Source: Horticoccus luteus (lineage in GTDB: Bacteria; Verrucomicrobiota; Verrucomicrobiia; Opitutales; Opitutaceae). Taken from it: a DNA stretch of 32,000 bases. The notes under the pieces were generated by a model, which saw only the letters and a list, made by a program, of their open reading frames with translations, was not told where the DNA came from and did not search any database. A program made the position numbers and the translations under genes. The stretch's first letter is position 1. Every line of letters starts with the position of its first letter. Positions 23,619 to 30,992 of this stretch are shown here, one piece after another. The stretch covers positions 3,180,001-3,212,000 of the forward strand of contig NZ_CP080507.1 of the NCBI RefSeq assembly GCF_019464535.1. Reading direction: 5' to 3'.

Positions 23619-24818
23619 ATGAACGACCGCTCCCAACCCGCCTCGTTGACCGAAGTATTTCTCGTCTTCCTGCGCCTCGGCTGCACCTCCTTCGGCGGTC
23701 CGGTCGCGCATCTCGGCTATTTCCACGACGAATGCGTGCAACGCCGCCGCTGGCTCGATGGCGCGGCCTACGCCGACCTCCTCGCGCTCTGCCAGTTTCT
23801 GCCCGGCCCCGCCAGCAGCCAGCTCGTCTTCGCCCTCGGCCGCCACCGCGCCGGTCTCGCCGGCGCGCTGCTCGCCTCGGCGGCATTCATTTTACCATCG
23901 GCCATCCTCATGCTCCTTTTCGCCGGCGGTCTGCACCGCTGGGGGCAGCACCCCGACGCCGGCTGGCTGCAAGGACTCAAAATCGCCGCCGTCGCCGTCG
24001 TCGCCAAAGCCGTTTGGACAATGGGCCGCCGGCTTTGTCCTGATCTCCTCCGCCTCGCCCTCGCGGCCGCCGCCGCCGCATTTGTGCTCCTGCTTGCGAC
24101 GGCGTGGAGCCAGATCGCCGCGCTGCTCGCCGGCGCCGCCGTGGGCTGGATCGCGTTGCAACGCGCCGTCGTCGTCGCCACGCCTGCGTCGTCGCCACCC
24201 CGGCGCTCGCTCTTCGCGGGCGGCGGCGCGCTGCTGCTGTGGGCTCTGCTCTTGTTCGGGCTGCCGCTCATCCCGTGGTCGCCCGACGGCGCAGGCGCGG
24301 TCTTCACCGGCTTTTATCGCGCCGGCTCACTCGTTTTTGGCGGCGGCCATGTTGTGCTGCCGATGCTCCGCGAAGTCGTCGTGCCGACCGGCTGGACCAC
24401 CGACAACGTTTTCCTCGCCGGCTACGGTGCGGCCCAGGCGGTGCCCGGACCGCTCTTCTCCTTCACCGCCTGCCTCGGCGCCCTGCTTCATGCCGGCCCC
24501 GGCGGAATTGTCGGCGGACTCTGGGCGTTGTTCGCCATCTATCTGCCCGCGTGGCTGCTGATCGGCGGCGCGCTGCCGTTCTGGGAAACGCTGCGCGCCC
24601 TCCCCGCGTTGCGCGCCGCCCTCGCCGGCGCCAACGCCGCTGTCGTCGGGATCTTGCTCGCCGCGTTTTATCAACCGGTCTGGCTCACCGCCATCCACGA
24701 CTGGCGCGACGTCGCGCTCGCCGTCGCCGCGTTCCTCGCGCTGCACGTTTGGGCCCGCCCCGCGTGGATGGTCGTCATCGCCGCCGCCGTGCTCGGCCAG
24801 CTCCTGCTGGGATCGTGA
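23619..24818 (+). CDS. chrA: Chromate ion transporter (CHR family), long two-domain ChrA
   Basis: 'FLVFLRLGCTSFGGPVAHLGYFHDECVQRRRWLDGAAYADLLALCQFLPGPASSQL' and the second-half repeat 'FYRAGSLVFGGGHVVLPMLREVVV...GYGAAQAVPGPLFSF' are the duplicated CHR domain signature. Confidence 0.9.
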   Translation: MNDRSQPASLTEVFLVFLRLGCTSFGGPVAHLGYFHDECVQRRRWLDGAAYADLLALCQFLPGPASSQLVFALGRHRAGLAGALLASAAFILPSAILMLLFAGGLHRWGQHPDAGWLQGLKIAAVAVVAKAVWTMGRRLCPDLLRLALAAAAAAFVLLLATAWSQIAALLAGAAVGWIALQRAVVVATPASSPPRRSLFAGGGALLLWALLLFGLPLIPWSPDGAGAVFTGFYRAGSLVFGGGHVVLPMLREVVVPTGWTTDNVFLAGYGAAQAVPGPLFSFTACLGALLHAGPGGIVGGLWALFAIYLPAWLLIGGALPFWETLRALPALRAALAGANAAVVGILLAAFYQPVWLTAIHDWRDVALAVAAFLALHVWARPAWMVVIAAAVLGQLLLGS

Positions 24819-24848
24819 TTCGTTTTGCCGCCGGATCGCCAGCCGGCC

Positions 24849-25754
24849 TCAGCGTTTTTCCTGGCGCGCTGCCCCCTGCAAGAAGTCCACGAACGCCCCC
24901 GCCACGCCCATCGCCCGCGGCCCCTGCGGCAAGACCACATGCAGTCCGCGCGTGATCTTCAGCCCCGGCACCGTCAGCACCACCAGCGTCCCGCGCGCCA
25001 ACTCGTGCCGGAGCGCCAGTCGCGACAAATACCCGACGCCTACGCCCGATTCGACCAGGCCCTTGATCGTCTCGCTGCTGCTGCTTTCCAGCACCACATT
25101 GAGTTTCCGCGGGTCAACGCGCGCCCGCCGCAACGCCCGTTCCACGACCTCGCGCGTCCCGGAGCCACTCTCGCGCAACACGCAAGGCGCCCCCGCGAGA
25201 TCCGCCGCCGTCAATTTCGCCTTCCTCGCCAACCCATGCTCGGGCGCCGCGACCGCCACGATCTCGTCGTCGTAGAATTTTTCCGCCTTCAATTCGCGCC
25301 GGGCGCCGAGTCCTTCCGTCAATCCCAGGTCCACGCGCCGCGCCAGCAATCCGCCGATCACTTCCTCCGTATTGCCCATGCGCAACTCCACCGCCACCTG
25401 CGGATGCGTTTGCTGAAACCGTCCCAGCCACCGCGGCAAAAGATACTGCGCGATCGTCGTGCTCGCCGCGATTTTGAGCGACCCGCTCATCACGGCCATG
25501 CCTGCCTGCAACCGCTTTTCCAAGTCCGCGTGCAACGCCTCCGCTTCGATCACATGTTCATAGAGCGCCCGCCCCGCCGCCGTCAGTTTCAACCCGCCGG
25601 GCTCCCGCAAAAACAGCGCCTGCCCGTAATGCTCCTCCAGCAGCTTGATGTGCTGCGTGACCGCCGGCTGCGAGATGTGCAGCCACCGCGCCGCTTGCGT
25701 GAAATTGAGCTGCTCCGCGGCGATGCGGAAAACGTGGAGACGGTAATCGGCCAT
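24849..25754 (-). CDS. LysR-family transcriptional regulator
   Basis: N-terminal wHTH 'LHVFRIAAEQLNFTQAARWLHISQPAVTQHIKLLEEHYGQALFLR', followed by a typical LysR substrate-binding domain. 301 aa. Confidence 0.9.
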   Translation of the reverse strand: MADYRLHVFRIAAEQLNFTQAARWLHISQPAVTQHIKLLEEHYGQALFLREPGGLKLTAAGRALYEHVIEAEALHADLEKRLQAGMAVMSGSLKIAASTTIAQYLLPRWLGRFQQTHPQVAVELRMGNTEEVIGGLLARRVDLGLTEGLGARRELKAEKFYDDEIVAVAAPEHGLARKAKLTAADLAGAPCVLRESGSGTREVVERALRRARVDPRKLNVVLESSSSETIKGLVESGVGVGYLSRLALRHELARGTLVVLTVPGLKITRGLHVVLPQGPRAMGVAGAFVDFLQGAARQEKR

Positions 25755-25860
25755 GACCGCACATGCTCCGTTTTTCTCAAAATGTCAGGCAAACGCGCAT
25801 GGCGCCCCACCGCCGTCCCGCCGCGACTCAACGCCGCTTCGGCCTCCGCCACCGCCTCTC

Positions 25861-26886
25861 TCAACCCAGCAGCCAGATCTCCAGCCCCGCGAGTGTCGCC
25901 ACGCCCGCCCAGCCGAGGATCGCCGTCCCAAACGCCCGCGGTCCGTTTTCCCGCAACCGCGCGAAGTCCGTCTGCAAGCCCATTGCCGCCATGGCCATCG
26001 CCATCAGAAACGCCGCACCGTTGAGCACCGCGCCGTCCAGACTCGCGATCCCCGCGCGCTCCACCGGAAAGAAGTGCAACGCGAGCGTGTTGCCGATGCC
26101 CACGAGGAGAAAGCCCAGCACGAACCACGGCTTCGGCGTCTTCTGCGCCACCGCGCCCTTCGCCTCGCCCGCCTGCGCCCGCCTCCGCGTAAAAATCCAC
26201 CCGAGCACTGCAACCACGGGCACCAGGAAAACCACTCGCGTCAGCTTCGCCACCATCCCGATCTCGATCGTATCGGGAAACGGCGTCACTGCCGCCACGA
26301 CCTGCGCGACCTCATGCAACGTCGATCCCACCATCATGCCGTAATGCGGCGCGGACACCGGATGCGCGTGCTGCAGCAACGTATAACCCAGCATGAGCCC
26401 GGTCCCCAGCAGGCTGCACAACGGAATCACGAGCGCCACCTCGTGATCCTTCGCCCGCAACACCGGCGCCGCCGCCATCGTCGCCGAGCCACCGCAAATC
26501 GAGCTGTCCACCGCGATCAACATCGCCAGCACCGGATCCAGCCCGAACCGCCGGCCCAGCCACGAAATCCAGCTCAGCCCCACCACGATCACCGTGAGAT
26601 CGATCAACAAAATGTGCGGCCCCGCCTCCACCACGAGCGCCAGATTGAGCCGCACCCCGAGCAAAATAATGCCCCACCGCAGCAACCGTTTCGCCACAAA
26701 ACCGATCCCCGTTTCCCAATGCGCCGGCGGCCGGTGTACCGCCCGCCACAACAGCCCCAGCAACAACGCCGTCGCCAGCGGTCCGAGATGCCGCACGCCC
26801 GGCCACTCATCCGCCCACCACGCCACGCCCGCCAGCAAAGCCGTCAAAGCGAGCGCGGGAAGATATTGGCGGAGCAGCGATTTCAC
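25861..26886 (-). CDS. YeiH/UPF0324-family membrane protein (putative sulfate-exporter-family transporter)
   Basis: Multi-TM 341-aa protein with blocks matching E. coli YeiH: 'DSSICGGSA', 'GSTLHEVAQVVAAV' and 'AAFLMAMAMAAMGLQT'. GTG start at 26886. It sits directly upstream of the LysR gene on the same strand (in E. coli, yeiH is paired with the LysR regulator yeiE). Confidence 0.8.
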   Translation of the reverse strand: MKSLLRQYLPALALTALLAGVAWWADEWPGVRHLGPLATALLLGLLWRAVHRPPAHWETGIGFVAKRLLRWGIILLGVRLNLALVVEAGPHILLIDLTVIVVGLSWISWLGRRFGLDPVLAMLIAVDSSICGGSATMAAAPVLRAKDHEVALVIPLCSLLGTGLMLGYTLLQHAHPVSAPHYGMMVGSTLHEVAQVVAAVTPFPDTIEIGMVAKLTRVVFLVPVVAVLGWIFTRRRAQAGEAKGAVAQKTPKPWFVLGFLLVGIGNTLALHFFPVERAGIASLDGAVLNGAAFLMAMAMAAMGLQTDFARLRENGPRAFGTAILGWAGVATLAGLEIWLLG

Positions 26887-27074
26887 GCCGCGATTCTAGC
26901 GCGTCCCGCCTCGCCCGGGAAATGCTGTTATCGAATCCGCCATAACCTGCCGTTATCGCCTCATCCTGTCCGTCCCTTCTCCGCCGTTGAATTCGCCCCA
27001 TGCAAACCTGCCTTTGCGAATCTCCGGCCAGCCTCTACGTTGGAGACTCCTCGAACCCGCTCGATCTCTCGCTC

Positions 27075-27590
27075 ATGAAAACCATCTCCGCCGAACAACT
27101 CCACTCGCTCCATCGTGCTCAGCCCGATCTCACACTGATCGACGTGCGTTCGCCGGCCGAGTTTCGCACTGTGCATGTGCAATCCGCGATCAACGTGCCG
27201 TTGGGCGACCTCTCCGCTGACGCCCTCGCGCCGCACGCGCGCATGGACGACGCCGTTTACCTGATCTGCCATTCCGGCGGGCGCTCCGCCCAGGCCGGCG
27301 CGCGGCTCAAATCACTTGGGTTCACCAACGTCTTCTCCGTCGATGGCGGCACCGTGGCGTGCCGGCAATGCGGTGTGCCCGTCAATCACGGCCCGGCGAC
27401 CATGTCGCTCGAACGCCAGGTGCGCATCGTCGCCGGCTCGCTCGTCCTCGTCGGCGTCCTGCTCTCCCTCTTCGTCCAACCCGCGTTCATTTATCTTTCA
27501 GGCTTCGTCGGCGCCGGCCTCGTCTTCGCCGGGATTTCCGATACGTGTCTCATGGGGCTGCTCCTCGCGAAGATGCCCTGGAATCGCTGA
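27075..27590 (+). CDS. Rhodanese-domain protein with a C-terminal DUF2892 membrane domain (YgaP-like)
   Basis: 'LIDVRSPAEFRTVHVQSAINVPL' and the active-site loop 'YLICHSGGRSAQA' (CxxGxR[ST]). The C-terminal 'ERQVRIVAGSLVLVGVLLSLF...GFVGAGLVFAGISDTCLMGLLLAKMPWN' is the DUF2892 two-TM module. Start at ATG 27075. Confidence 0.85.
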   Translation: MKTISAEQLHSLHRAQPDLTLIDVRSPAEFRTVHVQSAINVPLGDLSADALAPHARMDDAVYLICHSGGRSAQAGARLKSLGFTNVFSVDGGTVACRQCGVPVNHGPATMSLERQVRIVAGSLVLVGVLLSLFVQPAFIYLSGFVGAGLVFAGISDTCLMGLLLAKMPWNR

Positions 27591-27626
27591 CGCGTCGCGT
27601 TCCCTTCTGCTGGAGAAATTTTTCCG

Positions 27627-28562
27627 TTGTCCGCCGAACACGCTCACTCGCACGCGCATCCTCATGGCCCGGGCCATTCTCATGCCCCGGCGCATTACAA
27701 TCGTGCGTTCGCCGTCGGTGTGACGCTCAACGCGCTCTACGTCGTCGTCGAACTCATCGCCGGCTTCCGCATCGACTCCGTGGCCCTCATCGCCGACGCC
27801 GGTCACAACGTCAGCGACGTCCTGAGCCTCCTGCTCGCGTGGGGGGCGAGCTACCTCGCGCAACGCCCGCCCAGCCGCCACCACACCTACGGGCTGCGCA
27901 AAACGTCCATCCTCGCGTCGCTCACCAACGCCGTCCTCCTCCTCATCGCGATCGGCGCGATCGCGTGGGAAGCTCTCCAACGCTTCGCTCATCCGCCACC
28001 CGTCACCGGCGGCGCCATGATGTGGGTCGCCGCCATTGGCGTCGTGGTCAACACCGCCACCGCGCTGCTTTTCCTTCGCGGCCGGCATAGCGACATCAAC
28101 CTCCGGGGCGCCTACCTGCACATGGCCGCCGATGCCGCGGTCTCCGTCGGCGTCGTCCTCGCCGGCTTCGCCATCCTGTTGACCGGCGCGCTCTGGATCG
28201 ACCCCGCCATCAGTCTGGTGATCGTCGCGGTGATCGGCGTCGGCACGTGGAGTCTCCTGCGCGATTCGTTTCGCCTCGCCACCGACGCCGTGCCTCCCGG
28301 CATCGACCTGCCGGCTGTGCGCCGCTTCCTGCGCGATCAACCCGGTGTCACCGACGTTCACGATCTGCACATTTGGGCAATGAGCACGACGTCCACCGCC
28401 CTCACCGCGCATCTCGTCAAGCCCGCCCCCGGCGATGACGACGCGCTTCTCCGCCACCTCGGCGAAGCCCTGCACGAGCATTTCGCCATCGGCCACACCA
28501 CGATCCAGATCGAACGCACCGCCGGCCCTTGTTCCGGCTGCGCTGCGCCCGCCCCGCTCTAA
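27627..28562 (+). CDS. Cation diffusion facilitator (CzcD/ZitB-like) divalent-metal exporter
   Basis: His-rich N-terminus 'MSAEHAHSHAHPHGPGHSHAPAH', TM2 'ALIADAGHNVSDVLSL', TM5 'AYLHMAADAAVSVGV', and C-terminal domain 'VHDLHIWAMSTTSTALTAHL'. TTG start at 27627 with 'ggaga' 11 nt upstream. No in-frame ATG is nearby. Confidence 0.9.
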   Translation: MSAEHAHSHAHPHGPGHSHAPAHYNRAFAVGVTLNALYVVVELIAGFRIDSVALIADAGHNVSDVLSLLLAWGASYLAQRPPSRHHTYGLRKTSILASLTNAVLLLIAIGAIAWEALQRFAHPPPVTGGAMMWVAAIGVVVNTATALLFLRGRHSDINLRGAYLHMAADAAVSVGVVLAGFAILLTGALWIDPAISLVIVAVIGVGTWSLLRDSFRLATDAVPPGIDLPAVRRFLRDQPGVTDVHDLHIWAMSTTSTALTAHLVKPAPGDDDALLRHLGEALHEHFAIGHTTIQIERTAGPCSGCAAPAPL

Positions 28563-28629
28563 ACTTCTCCCTGGCCCACCTCCGTCAGTTGACGGACGCC
28601 CCACGCCTGACGACACTGCCCGCTCGCTC

Positions 28630-30132
28630 ATGTCTCAATCCGCCATTCCCGTCACCGTTCTCACCGGCTTCCTCGGCGCCGGCAAAACCACCCTTCTCAA
28701 CCGCATCCTCACCGGTCAGCACGGCAAGAAAATCGCCGTGATCGAAAACGAATTCGGCGAAGTCGGCGTCGACAACCAGCTCGTCATCCAGAGCGACGAG
28801 GAGATCTTTGAGATGAACAACGGCTGCATCTGCTGCACCGTGCGTGGCGATCTCATCCGCATCCTCGGCCGCCTCCTCAAGCGCAAGGATCCCCTCGACG
28901 CCATCCTCATCGAGACCACTGGCATGGCCAACCCCGCGCCCGTCGCCCAAACGTTTTTCACTGATGAGGAGATGAAAACCCGCTTCCGCCTCGACGGCAT
29001 TGTGACGCTCGTCGACGCCAAGCACATCCTCCAGCACCTCGATTCCGAAGACGAAGCGCGCAAGCAGGTCGCGTTTGCCGACGTTATCCTCCTCAACAAA
29101 ACCGATCTCGTTTCCCCGGCCGAACTCGATGCGCTCGAGGAACGCATCCACCACATCAACGCCGTCGCCCGCATCATCCGCGCGCACAACGCCGATGTCC
29201 CGCTCGACCAGGTCCTCGACATCGGCGGCTTCAACCTCTCCCGCGCCAGCGAGATCGACCCGCAATTTCTCGAACCCGAATATCCCTTCGAATGGGCCGG
29301 CGCCTATCAACTCCCCGCCGGCACGCACGACCTCGTCATCGGCCACCACGATCACGAGCACGGTCACGACCATGAGCACGAAGGCCACGACCACGCTCAC
29401 GGCGAAGACGGTCATCACCATCATCACCACCACGGCAACGAAAACGAACTCGACGTCGTCGTCCTCCGCGTAAATTCGCTCGCGCCCGGCGATCGTGCGG
29501 GCGAGGGCGACCGTGTGGGCGGGGTGCCCTCACCCCGCACCGCGTCCCCCGCTCCGGCTGTCCTTCCCGATCTCGCCGCCGCGATCGACACCGCCACCCG
29601 CGTTTTTTCCGACTGGGAAAATCGCGTCAAACCCGGCGAGCCACTCACGCCCGGCGCCACCTTGCACCGCCTCCTCCTCGACGACGGCCACGGTCACTTC
29701 CCGCTCAAAATCGACGCCCCCGGCCACTACCTCGTGTTCGAAGGCTGCGGCGAAGATCCCCTGCACATCCAGGTCAACGGCGACACCTCGAAGCCTGTCT
29801 GGCAGCAGGATTTTCACGCCGCGCATTCGCACAACGACGACGTCACCTCCGTCGGCATCAGCGCGCCCGGCGATCTCGACGGCAAGAAACTCAACAACTG
29901 GATCAGCGAACTTCTCCGCGTTAAAGGCGGCGACATCTACCGCATGAAAGGCGTGCTCGCCGTGAAAGGCACCAACAAGCGCCTCGTGTTTCAGGGCGTG
30001 CACATGCTCTTCGACGCGAAGTTCGACCGCGAATGGGCGAAGGACGAGCCCCGCCAGAACACCCTCGTCTTCATCGGCAAGAACCTCGACCGCCCCGCGC
30101 TCACCGAAGCCTTCAAAACCTGCTTGGCGTAA
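28630..30132 (+). CDS. COG0523-family G3E GTPase (CobW/ZigA/YeiR-like metallochaperone) with a long His-rich insertion
   Basis: Walker A 'VLTGFLGAGKTTLLNRIL', metal-binding 'GCICCTVRGDL' (CxCC at 28825-28836), 'IETTGMANP', 'LLNKTDL', His tract 'GHHDHEHGHDHEHEGHDHAHGEDGHHHHHHHG' (29341-29433), and CobW C-terminal domain 'IYRMKGVLAVKG...RLVFQGVHMLFD...LVFIGKNLD'. Start at ATG 28630. Total 500 aa. Confidence 0.9.
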   Translation: MSQSAIPVTVLTGFLGAGKTTLLNRILTGQHGKKIAVIENEFGEVGVDNQLVIQSDEEIFEMNNGCICCTVRGDLIRILGRLLKRKDPLDAILIETTGMANPAPVAQTFFTDEEMKTRFRLDGIVTLVDAKHILQHLDSEDEARKQVAFADVILLNKTDLVSPAELDALEERIHHINAVARIIRAHNADVPLDQVLDIGGFNLSRASEIDPQFLEPEYPFEWAGAYQLPAGTHDLVIGHHDHEHGHDHEHEGHDHAHGEDGHHHHHHHGNENELDVVVLRVNSLAPGDRAGEGDRVGGVPSPRTASPAPAVLPDLAAAIDTATRVFSDWENRVKPGEPLTPGATLHRLLLDDGHGHFPLKIDAPGHYLVFEGCGEDPLHIQVNGDTSKPVWQQDFHAAHSHNDDVTSVGISAPGDLDGKKLNNWISELLRVKGGDIYRMKGVLAVKGTNKRLVFQGVHMLFDAKFDREWAKDEPRQNTLVFIGKNLDRPALTEAFKTCLA

Positions 30133-30166
30133 AACCGCCGGCGGTGAGCTTGTCGAACCCTCCGCG

Positions 30167-30391
30167 ATGTCTGAACCAGCTGCCATGTCGGCTCCGTCCA
30201 CCACCGACCCGGCCATCACCGCTGCCGAACGCGCGGGCTTCGATCTAAACTTGATTGACTGCAACCTGGCCCTCTCGCCCGAGCAGCGTCTTCTCCGCCA
30301 TGATGCGGCGCTGGAGCTTGCCCAGGAATTGAGAAAGGCCGGCGAGGCGCGTTATGCACAACCTGCACCTGCTCCTGCAAAAGCTCGCTGA
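30167..30391 (+). CDS. Small hypothetical protein (74 aa), putative partner or antitoxin of the downstream nucleotidyltransferase-fold gene
   Basis: ORF 'MSEPAAMSAPSTTDPAITAAERAGFDLNLIDCNLALSPEQRLLRHDAALELAQELRKAGEARYAQ...'. Its 3' end overlaps ATG 30354 of the next reading frame by 38 nt. By eye, third-position G/C is lower than in the neighbouring genes. Confidence 0.45.
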   Translation: MSEPAAMSAPSTTDPAITAAERAGFDLNLIDCNLALSPEQRLLRHDAALELAQELRKAGEARYAQPAPAPAKAR

Positions 30392-30834
30392 CGTCCAAAT
30401 CGAGTCGTCGTGATTGGCGGTTGTGCAGGCGTGTTGCACGGCTCCAGCTTGGTCACCAACGATCTGGACATTGCACCGTCCTCTCTCCCGGGACGATCAC
30501 TAACCTTCGCCGGGCATTTTCCGACCTGCATCCGGTGCATCGTATGACGCCCGGCAAACTTTCCTTTCTTGAGGTGCCGCCCGCCGGGACCCCGCTGGTG
30601 AATCATACTCTGGAAACCGACAGCGGCATCCTCGATGTCCTCTCCAACGTGCTGGGCGTTGGAGCGTATTCACGTCTGCGACAGAACGCCGCGGAATTGC
30701 CGCTCTTTGGCCGCCGATGCGCCGTCATTTCACTTCCCGACCTCATCGCCGCCAAGGAAGCCTGCGGTCGCGAAAAGGATTTGCTCGCGGCCAAAGAGCT
30801 GCGCGCCATCGCCGCCAAACGCGTTGAAGCCTGA
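30354..30834 (+). pseudogene. Nucleotidyltransferase-fold protein gene, apparently disrupted by two -1 frameshifts
   Basis: Three consecutive frames together read like one protein of about 160 aa.
- Frame A, 30354-30410: 'MHNLHLLLQKLADVQIESS*'.
- Frame B, about 30407-30480: 'VVVIGGCAGVLHGSSLVTNDLDIAP...', which carries the NTase signature G[GS]-x9-13-D-h-D-h.
- Frame C, to 30834: '...SPGTITNLRRAFSDLHPVH...DSGILDVLSNVLGVGAYSRLRQNAAELPLFGRRCAVISLPDLIAAKEACGREKDLLAAKELRAI'.
The ORF-track 137-aa ORF (30421-30834) is the frame C part only. Confidence 0.45.
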
Positions 30835-30992
30835 GCCGTCCGCCGCTACGCGACGTCCCGCCACGTCTCCCGGGCAGACGACGATCCCGCCGTCGCGCGA
30901 ACGCGGCGCAACGCCCGCCGGCCCCGCTCGGTAAAACCATTTGCCACGCGCGCGGGAGCTGGGATTTTTTCCCTTTTCCCTCTTCGCTCTCG

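Noticed and set aside
26921-26946. Resemblance of 'gaaatgctgttat...ataac' to the proteobacterial Zur box (GAAATGTTATAWTATAACATTTC). This was tempting because CDF, COG0523 and FolE2 genes are nearby.
   Set aside because: The half-sites are 10 nt apart instead of about 1-3. The right flank lacks the ATTTC arm, and there is an extra base in the left arm. No similar element is seen upstream of folE2/PTPS or directly upstream of the COG0523 gene.
29341-29433. Repetitive 'cac/cat/gac/gag' DNA that looks like a microsatellite or tandem repeat.
   Set aside because: It is in frame inside the COG0523 gene and simply encodes the His/Asp/Glu-rich tract. It is coding low-complexity sequence rather than a structural DNA repeat.
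30134-30145. 12-bp perfect palindrome 'accgccggcggt' right after the COG0523 stop, considered as a terminator.
   Set aside because: It cannot form a hairpin with a viable loop, there is no T-tract, and it is GC-only. It is probably incidental.
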